Below, one piece after another: positions 55,435-64,000 of a DNA stretch of 64,000 bases. The translations under genes were made by a program, and so were the position numbers. Under the pieces are notes generated by a model. That model was not told where the DNA came from. It saw nothing but the letters and a program-made list of their open reading frames with translations, and searched no databases. Origin of the DNA: Planctomycetota bacterium (lineage in GTDB: Bacteria > Planctomycetota > UBA11346); contig JBBQSO010000008.1 of assembly GCA_038213805.1 (NCBI GenBank), positions 36,597 to 100,596 on the forward strand. Reading direction: 5' to 3'. Position 1 is the first letter of the stretch. Each line of letters starts with the position of its first letter.

Positions 55435-55676
55435 GCTGTTGGCTGATGGCTGATGGCTGATGGCTGATAGCTGATAGCTGATGGCTGATGGCTGACGGCT
55501 GACGGCTGACGGCTGACGGCTGACGGCTGACGGCTGACGGCTCCCGTTGAGTGTCGATGGCGCGCTGATATCCGACCTGTCGAAACAGAAGGGATGCGCC
55601 AACGGCGCATCCCTTCTAGCCATCAGCCATCAGCCATCAGCCATCAGCCATCAGCCATCAGCCATCAGCCATCAGC
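55435..55676. repeat. Palindromic element: about 15 GCTGAYR units, spacer, (CATCAGC)x8
   Basis: Arms 55435-55542 and 55621-55676, between convergent genes. Confidence 0.92.
55587..55617. terminator. Perfect 14-bp hairpin, possible bidirectional terminator
   Basis: agaagggatgcgcc-aac-ggcgcatcccttct; no clear U-tract. Confidence 0.45.
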
Positions 55677-55679
55677 CCC

Positions 55680-58262
55680 TCAATAATACGACCCCGCCGC
55701 CGGCGCCGCCTTGAAGTCCGGCACCCGCGCCGACAGCTGGCGGAAGTCCAGGTACTTGTAGATCGACTTTTCGAACGGATTGATCGCCTTGGCCATGTGC
55801 TCGAGGTATTCGGCCGTGGTCGGCAGGCGGCCAAGGATCGAGACCACCGCGGCGAGTTCGGCGCTGCCCAGGTAGCACTGCGCGTCGCGGCCCATACGCC
55901 CGTCGAAATTGCGCGTCGAGGTCGAGAAGATCACCGCACCCGGGCGCACGCGCGCCTGGTTGCCCATGCACAGCGAGCAGCCGGGGATCTCGCGGCGCGC
56001 GCCGATCTTGCCGAACAGGCCGTAATGGCCCTCGTCATTCAACACCTTCTCATCCATGCGCGTCGGCGGGCAGATCCAGGTGACGGTGTTGAGATACTCG
56101 ACCTTGGTCTGCCGGTAGACGTTGGCCAGCGCGCGGAAATGGCCGATGTTGGTCATGCAGCTGCCGACGAAGACCTCGTCGACTTTCTCGCCGGCGACCT
56201 CGCTGAGGGTCTTGATCTTGTCTGGGTCGTTGGGGCAGGCGACCAGCGGCTCGGTGATGGTGGCGAGGTCGATCTCGAAGACCTTGGCGTATTCCGCGTC
56301 CTGGTCCGCGCGCAGCAGCGTCGGCTTGGCCAGCCAGTCCTCCATCGCCTTGATGCGCCGCTCGATGGAATTCTTGGCGCCGTACCCGTCCGCGACCATG
56401 GCCTTGAGCAGCTCGATGTTCGACTTGAGGTAGTCGGCCACCGACTGCTCGCTGAGGTTGACCGCGCAGGCTGCGGCCGAACGCTCGGCGCTGGCGTCGC
56501 TGAGCTCGAAGGCCTGCTCGGCGGTGAGGTGCTCGAGGCCCTCGATCTCGAGGATGCGGCCGTTGAAGACGTTCTTCTTGCCCTTCTTCTCAAGGGTCAG
56601 GTCGCCCGACTTGAGCGCCACCCACGGGATGGCGTTGACCAGATCGCGCAGCGTGACGCCCGGCTGCAGTTTGCCGGTGAAACGCACCAGCACCGATTCC
56701 GGCATATCGAGCGGCATGAAGCCGATCGCCGCGCCGAACGCGACCAGGCCCGAACCGGCCGGGAAGCTGATGCCGATCGGGAAGCGCGTGTGGCTGTCGC
56801 CGCCGGTGCCGACGGTGTCGGGCAGGCACATGCGGTTCAGCCAGCTGTGGATGATGCCGTCGCCGGGGCGCAGGCTGACGCCGTTGCGCTCGACGATGAA
56901 TTCCGGCAGCCAGCGGTGCATCTTGGCGTCGACCTCCTTGGGGTAGGCCGCGGTGTGGCAGAAGCTCTGCATCACCAGATCGGCGCTGAACCCCAGACAG
57001 GCGAGCTCCTTGAGTTCGTCGGCGGTCATCGGGCCGGTGGTATCCTGGCTACCGACGGTGGTCATCTTCGGTTCGCAGCTGATCCCCGGGCGCACCCCGG
57101 TCACGCCGCAGGCCTTGCCAACCATCTTCTGCGCCAGGGTGTAGCCCTTGCCGCTGTCGGTGTGGTGGACCGGGGTCAGGAACAGCGTCGACTCGGGAAG
57201 CCCCAGGTAGGCGCGCGCCTTGCTGGTCAGGGCGCGGCCGATGATCAGATTGGTGCGGCCGCCGGCGCGGAACTCGTCGGGCATTGACGGCGATTTGAGG
57301 CTGTAGGTGGCGATGACCTGCCCACCCTTGAGCAGCTTGCCCTCGAGCGGGCGCAGTTCGATGACGTCACCGGTCTCGAGCTTGCTGACATCGACGCCGA
57401 TGGGCAGGCCGCCGGCGTCACGGAAAGTGTCGAGGAAGATCGGCGCGATGATCGCGCCCAGCACCACCGAGGCACTGCGCTTGTTGGGCACGAAGGGAAT
57501 GTCCTCGCCGGTCGCCCACATCACCGAGTTGGTCGCCGATTTGCGGCTCGAGCCGGTGCCGTAGACGTCACCGACGACGATCACGCGGCCCTTGGCGGCG
57601 AGCGCCTGGGCGCGCTCGACGAACTTGGTCTTCTCGCCCTGCTGCTGGTCGCGCACCTCGTACATCGCCAGCGCGTGCAGTGGGATGTCGGGGCGGCTCG
57701 AGGCCTGCTGCGCCGGCGACAGATCGTCGGTGTTGGTCTCGCCGGCGATCTTGATCACGGTGCCGGTGATCGACGCGGGCAGCGGCTTGCGCGCGCTGAA
57801 CCACTCGCCATCGGCCCACGACCTGATCACTGCCTGGGCGTACTGATTGCCGTTCTCGGCGAGCTTGGCGACCACCGCGAAGTGGTCGAAGATCAGGATG
57901 ATACCCTTGAGCGCGGTGGCCGCCTGAGCCGCGTGCGGGCCGTCGAGCTCGCGCGTCAAGTAGGGCACGTTGTAGCCGCCGAGCATGGTGCCGAGCAGGC
58001 GGATGGCCTCCTCCTTGCCGATCACCGGGCTGGTCAGTTCGCCATGCGCCACTTTGCCCAGCCAGTCGGCCTTGACCTTGGCCGAGGGATCGACGCCCGG
58101 CGAGACGCGATCGGTGAGCAGCGCCTTGAGCACCGCGGCCTCGCCTGCTGGCGGCGCCGCAAGCAGCGCACACAGCTCCGTGGTCTGGACCGGGGTCAGG
58201 GGCAGGGGCGGGATGCCCAGCTTCTGGCGTTCGGCGACGTGTGCGCGGTAGGCGGCGAGCAT
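55680..58262 (-). CDS. acnB: Aconitate hydratase B
   Basis: YR.HVAER..LGIPPLPL, GTMLGGYN, SQDTTGPMT, QSFCHTAAYP, GSCMTNIG, PGCSLCMGNQ. Confidence 0.96.
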   Translation of the reverse strand: MLAAYRAHVAERQKLGIPPLPLTPVQTTELCALLAAPPAGEAAVLKALLTDRVSPGVDPSAKVKADWLGKVAHGELTSPVIGKEEAIRLLGTMLGGYNVPYLTRELDGPHAAQAATALKGIILIFDHFAVVAKLAENGNQYAQAVIRSWADGEWFSARKPLPASITGTVIKIAGETNTDDLSPAQQASSRPDIPLHALAMYEVRDQQQGEKTKFVERAQALAAKGRVIVVGDVYGTGSSRKSATNSVMWATGEDIPFVPNKRSASVVLGAIIAPIFLDTFRDAGGLPIGVDVSKLETGDVIELRPLEGKLLKGGQVIATYSLKSPSMPDEFRAGGRTNLIIGRALTSKARAYLGLPESTLFLTPVHHTDSGKGYTLAQKMVGKACGVTGVRPGISCEPKMTTVGSQDTTGPMTADELKELACLGFSADLVMQSFCHTAAYPKEVDAKMHRWLPEFIVERNGVSLRPGDGIIHSWLNRMCLPDTVGTGGDSHTRFPIGISFPAGSGLVAFGAAIGFMPLDMPESVLVRFTGKLQPGVTLRDLVNAIPWVALKSGDLTLEKKGKKNVFNGRILEIEGLEHLTAEQAFELSDASAERSAAACAVNLSEQSVADYLKSNIELLKAMVADGYGAKNSIERRIKAMEDWLAKPTLLRADQDAEYAKVFEIDLATITEPLVACPNDPDKIKTLSEVAGEKVDEVFVGSCMTNIGHFRALANVYRQTKVEYLNTVTWICPPTRMDEKVLNDEGHYGLFGKIGARREIPGCSLCMGNQARVRPGAVIFSTSTRNFDGRMGRDAQCYLGSAELAAVVSILGRLPTTAEYLEHMAKAINPFEKSIYKYLDFRQLSARVPDFKAAPAAGSYY

Positions 58263-58395
58263 GCGGTTACTCCAAGGAAAGCGGCGCGCCCCGATATCCA
58301 GGCGCGCTGCGGTGTGACGAGGGGCGTCTACCGCCCGACATCCATGACGATAGCCACCGGACAACACTATCCAATCGCGGCCGGGCACCCGAGCC

Positions 58396-58410
58396 ATAAG
58401 TAATGCTTAT
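58396..58410. promoter_or_regulatory. LysR-type operator ATAAG-N5-CTTAT (T-N11-A) between divergent acnB and lysR
   Basis: Perfect dyad ataagtaatgcttat in an otherwise GC-rich spacer. Confidence 0.65.
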
Positions 58411-58665
58411 CGCTCGACGAGGAGCCATTAGGTTGGAATCATCGCCGACACGTCCCTCCCCGGGTCCGCGCCAACGGTGCTCAGGCTGGATGCCCACTGC
58501 CGGCCTGCAATGCTTCACGCTTAGACGTGAAAGGCCCGCGGTCGTGGCGCGGCATGACGGGCCAGGTCCAACGCCGCATATCTGCGCCCGTGGACGACGC
58601 CGTGCCGCCGCATCACTTCACCATCCGCGATCCAGTATCTCGCGACTCAACTTCGAAAGGGCGCC

Positions 58666-59550
58666 ATGGAAACCGACAACCTCCGCAATTTCCTGGTGCT
58701 GGCCCAGACCGGTAACATGACGCGCGCCGCGGGCCGGCTCAATCTCACCCAACCTGCGCTCTCGGGACAGGTCAAAAAGCTGGAGCAGTCCTTGGGGGTG
58801 GCGTTGTTCCACCGTCAGGGGCGCGGCTTGGCGCTGACCCAGGCCGGGGAGACCTTCAGGCGCTACGCGGGCGATGCGCTGGACCTGCTCGCGGCGGGCC
58901 AGGAAGCCGTGGGTTCGCTCGGCAGACTCGCCAGCGGCACGCTGGCGATCGGCGGCGGCGCGACCTCGACCACCTGCCTGCTGCCCGCGATCATCGGTCC
59001 CTTCCACAGCCGCCATCCCGGCATCCGCTTCACCATCCGCGAGGCGCCCTCGCGCACCATCGTCGAGGCGGTGCTGGCCGGCGACCTGGACCTTGGCCTG
59101 GTGACGCTGCCGCTACCCGCGGCGGCGGCGGGGACGCGCCTGCTGGTCGAACCCTGGCTGGTCGACGAACTGGTGCTGCTGGTGCCGCCCGCGCATCCGC
59201 TGCGCCGGCGCCGCCGCTTCCACTGGCGCGACCTGCACAACCAGCCGTTGATCGCTTTCGAAAGTGGCTCCGCGGTGCGCCAGCTGTTGGACCGCCACCT
59301 CGCCGAGCACGCCGTCGCGCCGGCGCTGGTCATGGAGCTGCGCTCGATCGCCTCGATCACCAGCATGGTCGCGGCCGGCATCGGCCTGGGCTTCGTCTCG
59401 CGCCTCGCCGACCCCAGCGGCCAGGGCCTGCGCTGCGGCGATCGCCCCCTCACGCGTCAGCTCGCGCTGGTCGAGCGCCGCGATCGCAGCCGCTCCAGTG
59501 CGCTTGAAGCCTTCCGTGCCAGCCTGCTGGCATGGAAGCCGCCTGGATGA
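58666..59550 (+). CDS. LysR family transcriptional regulator
   Basis: G.MTRAA.RLNLTQPALS.QVKKLE..LG..LF.R...LT.AG; substrate-binding domain. Confidence 0.93.
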   Translation: METDNLRNFLVLAQTGNMTRAAGRLNLTQPALSGQVKKLEQSLGVALFHRQGRGLALTQAGETFRRYAGDALDLLAAGQEAVGSLGRLASGTLAIGGGATSTTCLLPAIIGPFHSRHPGIRFTIREAPSRTIVEAVLAGDLDLGLVTLPLPAAAAGTRLLVEPWLVDELVLLVPPAHPLRRRRRFHWRDLHNQPLIAFESGSAVRQLLDRHLAEHAVAPALVMELRSIASITSMVAAGIGLGFVSRLADPSGQGLRCGDRPLTRQLALVERRDRSRSSALEAFRASLLAWKPPG

Positions 59551-59850
59551 CGCGCAAAAGGGCGGACCGAGGACGTCACGGGGTGCCCAACGGGATCGCG
59601 CAGATTCGCCGGTCGCGCTCGCGAATACGAATTCCCGAATGCGAACCCGTGATTTGCACCACGCAAACAGAGGCCTCACAACTACCCACCCGGTAGCCAG
59701 GCTCCGCTCACCGTGACCTGCTGCCGACACGCGCCTGACATGGTTTGGGACCATGCGAAGTGCAGATGACCTTGGCGAAACGCATCTTGCCTGCAGGCGC
59801 GGCTGATCCATTCTAGCGAAGCTCTGGGGCCGGACCTCGTCCCGAAAACG

Positions 59851-59880
59851 CCCCATCTGCTGGGACCCCATCTGCTGGGA
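59851..59880. repeat. Exact 15-bp tandem duplication CCCCATCTGCTGGGA x2
   Basis: Read directly, 85 nt upstream of the kinase ATG. Confidence 0.8.
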
Positions 59881-59965
59881 TTTCGCGCCGTGCCTGCGCC
59901 GCCCATCGCACGCTGACCGCCTCCCATATTCCGCTTGTCAGCCTCCACTTCGACTGGATGCCGCG

Positions 59966-62476
59966 ATGGAATCAGCACTCTCCGCCCCCGATCGGCTCTC
60001 GGCCTTGCAGGCCGCATTCGATGCGCTCGGCGAGCCCGCGGCCATCCTCTCTGCTGAAGGCGCCATCGTCGCGGTCAACTGCGCCTGGATCGAAGCCAGC
60101 ATCGCCAACGGCGAGTGGGATGAGAGCGCCTGCACCGGCCGGCCGTACACCTTGGCGTGTCAGTTCGCTGACGGGCCCGGTCCCGAGCGCCAGAGCGAAG
60201 TGGGCGCCGGACTCGGCGAGGTCCTCCGCGGCCTGGCCCAGTCTTTCGACTTGGCCTATGCCGCGCGCAGCAGCCGTGGCGAGACGCCCTGGCTGCTCCA
60301 ACTGCGCCGCCTGCCCGGCGATGCCCCCGGTGCTTTGGCCGTGCACCGCCGCCAGGGCGCGGTCCCGGCGACGAACGGCGGCGACCAGCGCGATGACATC
60401 TTCGATGACATGGCCGACCGCGCGCCGGTGCTGATCTGGGTGAGCGATGCGCAGGGGCGCGCCTCGTGGTTCAACCAGCGCTGGCTCGAGTCCAGCGGCG
60501 GCACCCTTACGACCGAGATCGCCGCGGATTGGCAAGAACGCATCCACCCCGAGGACCGCGGCCGCTGCCGGGAACGGCTCGCGGTGGCGATGGCGCGCCG
60601 CGCCGAGTGCGCACGCGAATACCGTCTACGTGGCGCTGCGCGCGACCACCGCTGGATCCAGGAGCGCGCCAAGCCGCTCTACCACAAGGACCAGACTTTC
60701 GCCGGTTACATCGGTTCGTGCACCGACATCACCGAGATCAAGCTGGTCGAAGAGAATCTGCAGCGCCACCGCGACCACCTCAACCGCCAGCTGCACTTCG
60801 CCGGCACGCTCAACCGCATGACCCAGGCCATCACCGGCCTGGACAGCAGCCGCGGCATCCTCGACGCCCTGGCACGCATCCTCGGCGAGGCCCTGGCCAT
60901 CGAGCGCTGTTTGATCGTCGAGGTCTCACTGGCGCGGCGCCTGGCGCTGCGCTGCGCCGAATGGCGCAGCGCAGGCTGCCCACCGTCCGGGCACGCGGAG
61001 GGCGATCTCAACATCGATTCCTTCCCGGAAACCCTGCGCCACCTGTGGGAGATGCGTGCTGCCCTGGAGTCGCACGCCGACCACCCCAACCCGCGTTTCG
61101 CCAGCGAGGGCAGCGCGACCCTGCTGCACGAGCGCCAGGGCATCCGCAGCCTGCTGTGGTACCCGTTCGGCTTCCGCGCCGACGGTTTCTCGCTGTTCAT
61201 GCTCGACCACTTCTCGGCCCACCGCGCCTGGAACACCGACGAGCGCCACTTCCTCGAGGCGGTCGCCAACCAAGTCAACCTCGCCCTGCAGAAGATCCGC
61301 ATCCTCGCGGCGCGCGCCGAGGCCGAGGAGGCGCTGCGCCGCTCCCTGCAGATGGAGGCGATGAGCCGGCTCGCCGGCGGCGTGGCCAACGACTTCAACA
61401 ATCAGCTCACCGCGATCAGCGGCCACGCCGGCCTGCTCCGGGACGGGCTGGCCGAGAACGACCCCCTGCGCCGGAATGTCGACGCCATCCGCACCGCCAG
61501 CGAGCGCGCCAGCACCACCACGCGCCAGCTGCTCGCCTTCAGCCGCAGCCAGATCACGCGGCCCGCCGACGTCGATCCCGCGACCCTGCTCGACGATCTC
61601 GCCCGCACCCTGCGCCCGCTGCTCGGCGAGGACGTGGCCCTGGTCATCGCCGCCGAGCCGGGCCCTGGCATGCGCGCGGACGCGCGCCAGTTGGAATCGG
61701 CGCTGGTCAACGTCGCGATCAACGCGCGCGAGGCGATGCCGACGGGCGGCACCCTGAGGATCGCGACCAGCACGGCCACTCTCGACCGCGACACCGCGCA
61801 GCGCCACGGCGTCGCGCCCGGCGCCTTCGTCTGCATCCAGGTCGCGGACACCGGCGTGGGCATGGACCAGGCGACCCTGGCCAGCGTCTTCGAGCCCTAC
61901 TTCAGCACCAAGCAGCCGGGTGGCGCCGGGCTCGGGCTGTCCTCCGCGCACGGGCAGGTGACGGCGATGGGCGGATTCATCACCCTGGTCAGCTGCCCCG
62001 GGCGCGGCACCACGGTGTCGATCTGGCTGCCCAGTGCCGGGCTGGAAACGATGGAGAAGACCGGTCGCCGGCCCACCGCCCTCCTCCCCATCAGCAGCGG
62101 CGGCAGCGAGACCGTGTTGGTGGTCGAGGACGAGCCGGCGGTGCTCGACCTGGTGCGCGACACCCTCCGCCACGCCGGCTACAATGTGCTGGGCGCGCAG
62201 CACGCGCAGGAGGCCGAGCGTCTCGCCGCCCAACACCGCGGCGACATCCACCTGCTGCTCACCGACGTCGCCATGCCCAAGACGACCGGCACCGCCCTGG
62301 CCAGCCAGCTGGCCGCGACCCGGCCGACGATGCGCATCATCTTCATGTCCGGCTACGCCGCCGACGCCTTCGCGGTCGGACGGGAGCTCGGCACAGCGGG
62401 ATTCCTGGCCAAGCCGTTCACCATCGATGAATTGATGCGGGCGGTGCGGGTGGCATTGGATGTGGTGACTGGGTAG
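59966..62476 (+). CDS. PAS-PAS-GAF hybrid histidine kinase/response regulator (CckA-like) with H-box His replaced by Asn
   Basis: IHPED PAS, GAF, LAGGVANDFNN, NAREAM, DTG.GM, GAGLGL, receiver VEDE/LTDVAMP/KPF. Confidence 0.9.
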   Translation: MESALSAPDRLSALQAAFDALGEPAAILSAEGAIVAVNCAWIEASIANGEWDESACTGRPYTLACQFADGPGPERQSEVGAGLGEVLRGLAQSFDLAYAARSSRGETPWLLQLRRLPGDAPGALAVHRRQGAVPATNGGDQRDDIFDDMADRAPVLIWVSDAQGRASWFNQRWLESSGGTLTTEIAADWQERIHPEDRGRCRERLAVAMARRAECAREYRLRGAARDHRWIQERAKPLYHKDQTFAGYIGSCTDITEIKLVEENLQRHRDHLNRQLHFAGTLNRMTQAITGLDSSRGILDALARILGEALAIERCLIVEVSLARRLALRCAEWRSAGCPPSGHAEGDLNIDSFPETLRHLWEMRAALESHADHPNPRFASEGSATLLHERQGIRSLLWYPFGFRADGFSLFMLDHFSAHRAWNTDERHFLEAVANQVNLALQKIRILAARAEAEEALRRSLQMEAMSRLAGGVANDFNNQLTAISGHAGLLRDGLAENDPLRRNVDAIRTASERASTTTRQLLAFSRSQITRPADVDPATLLDDLARTLRPLLGEDVALVIAAEPGPGMRADARQLESALVNVAINAREAMPTGGTLRIATSTATLDRDTAQRHGVAPGAFVCIQVADTGVGMDQATLASVFEPYFSTKQPGGAGLGLSSAHGQVTAMGGFITLVSCPGRGTTVSIWLPSAGLETMEKTGRRPTALLPISSGGSETVLVVEDEPAVLDLVRDTLRHAGYNVLGAQHAQEAERLAAQHRGDIHLLLTDVAMPKTTGTALASQLAATRPTMRIIFMSGYAADAFAVGRELGTAGFLAKPFTIDELMRAVRVALDVVTG

Positions 62477-62752
62477 GCAGGTCGCGGACCGCGGCATGGG
62501 ACGACGCGCCGGCACTACTTCAGATCATGGCCTGTGAGCGCTGCTCCAGCGCCAGGGCCGCCTGGGCACATGGCATCGCCTCCCTACCTTCCGCTTGTCC
62601 CACAGCGCCCACCGTAGGTGAGCGCAGAAGGTGCCCCCGGCCCCGCTGCCAACGCTTCCACAAGTTAGCTCCTGCATACTTGTCAGCCCCGATCGCTGGA
62701 TAGGGTGCAGCCGATTCTTTGCCATTTCGATCTCCGCCCCGGGGCTATAACC

Positions 62753-64000
62753 ATGAGATTCCTCCTTCGCGCGCTCATCCTGGCGGCCATCAGCTGCGGA
62801 GCCGCTTCCGCCGCGACCGTGAACTGGACCGGGCCAGCTACCGGGAACTGGAGCGTCGCGTCAAACTGGACCCCCAGCGGCATCCCCAACTTCTCCAATG
62901 ATGTGGTCATCCCGGCCGGAGTTACGACCACGGTCGACCTCAGCATCCCGATCAACTCGCTGACCTCGGCGGGAGATGTGATCATCACCGGCCAAGGCAC
63001 CTTAGTCACTCAGAGCGTGACCATGACCGGTCAGCTGAAGCTGAGTGGTGGCACCCTTGCATCCGCGACACTCAATACGGGCACCGGCGGCAGTTATGTC
63101 GGCACGGCCGCCAACAGCACCATCAGCGGCGTCACCATCGCGACCGGGACCATCCTCGATCTCAGCCAGATCAACGGCACCCAACTCAACGTCATCAACG
63201 GCCTGACCATCAACGGCACCGGTCAGATCCTGATCGGCTCCAGCGATGGGACACGGACCGCCCAGCTGTTCTCCGGCAGCACCCAGACCTGGGCCGGCAC
63301 CGGCAGCATCGTCTTTGGCGGCTCGACCAGCGACCTCATCCGGCTCAGCGTCGACGCGACCACACTTACCAACCAGGTCACCATCCGCGGCAAGTCCGGT
63401 CAGTTCTTCTCGCAGAACACCGCAACCGCGCTCGCGAACCAGGGCACCATCAGCGCCGATGTCAGCGGCGGCACCATCAACATCCTCGCTGCGATCTCGC
63501 CCCTCACCAATTCCGGGACCAGGCTGGCCAACACCGGCGGCACCCACACCGTCGGCTCCCCCTCCGGGTGGGGCACGGGGCCGCTCAACGCCAATACTGG
63601 CGGCATCCTTCAGCTCGGCGGCGCCTTCGCGACCGCCACCGCCCAGAGCGTCGTGCAGAGCGGTGGCACCGTCCAGCTCGTCGGTACCTTGAACAATATC
63701 GGCAACGTCTTCACTCCGGCGTCCACCGGCGGCCCCTGGGTCCTTGCCGGCGGCACCCTCAATGGCGGCACCCTCAGCGGGGCGAGCGCGCTCGTCGGCA
63801 GCGCTTCCGGCGGCACCCTCAATGCCGTCACTGTCGCCTCCGGCGCCAGCGTCGACCTGACCCAAACCAACGGGGCGAACTGCACCATCACCGGCGGGCT
63901 CACCCTTACCGGCACCGCCACCATCCTGATCGGCTCCAGCGATGGCACCCGCACTGCCCAGCTGTTCTCCGCAGGTACCCAGACCTGGGCCGGCGCCGGC
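62753..64000 (+). CDS. Large secreted beta-strand-repeat protein (adhesin/autotransporter-passenger-like), truncated by window end
   Basis: MRFLLRALILAAISCGAASA signal, W.G...GNWS.ASNW, G/T/S-rich; I translated the frame by hand and saw no stop; absent from the ORF track because it has no stop in the window. Confidence 0.85.
   Translation, partial: MRFLLRALILAAISCGAASAATVNWTGPATGNWSVASNWTPSGIPNFSNDVVIPAGVTTTVDLSIPINSLTSAGDVIITGQGTLVTQSVTMTGQLKLSGGTLASATLNTGTGGSYVGTAANSTISGVTIATGTILDLSQINGTQLNVINGLTINGTGQILIGSSDGTRTAQLFSGSTQTWAGTGSIVFGGSTSDLIRLSVDATTLTNQVTIRGKSGQFFSQNTATALANQGTISADVSGGTINILAAISPLTNSGTRLANTGGTHTVGSPSGWGTGPLNANTGGILQLGGAFATATAQSVVQSGGTVQLVGTLNNIGNVFTPASTGGPWVLAGGTLNGGTLSGASALVGSASGGTLNAVTVASGASVDLTQTNGANCTITGGLTLTGTATILIGSSDGTRTAQLFSAGTQTWAGAG

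Noticed and set aside
63002..63865. 287-aa minus-strand ORF
   Set aside because: Antisense shadow of the secreted repeat protein starting at 62753.
1..64000. tRNA, rRNA, IS/integrase, prophage or defence genes
   Set aside because: No cloverleaf, rRNA signature, or transposase, integrase or phage motifs were recognised by eye.

Overview
GC-rich bacterial chromosomal segment, probably from a Planctomycetota member (inferred from the DUF1549/DUF1553 cytochrome-c + DUF1501 pair, a PVC-type heme dehydrogenase, a prepilin-type protein and Ser/Thr kinases). It holds about 48 CDS, mostly housekeeping: miaB, truD, glnD, aroA, rsmD, murJ, rnhA, tgt, rnz, purD, bcp, rsmG, dnaX, mog, prfC, acnB. No rRNA, tRNA, CRISPR array or transposase was recognised. 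Main observations: (1) dnaX is split across two frames with a complete -1 ribosomal frameshift cassette (A_AAC_CCC, 5-nt spacer, 14-bp hairpin, upstream SD-like motif), so the long tau subunit would need the frameshift, the reverse of E. coli; (2) a full-length bacterial homologue of the eukaryotic N-terminal glutamine amidase NTAQ1/WDYHV1; (3) several families of intergenic palindromic elements whose arms are 7-, 8- or 9-nt microsatellites and which supply stop codons or protein termini; (4) a hybrid histidine kinase with Asn in place of the phosphoacceptor His; (5) a CcpC-like LysR operator upstream of acnB, a Tgt without Zn-binding cysteines, an atypical GH13 operon, a RanBP2-finger/HExxH membrane protein and a tiny acidic protein resembling half a histone fold. 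All calls come from motif recognition by eye; no database searches were run, and some start codons are best guesses.
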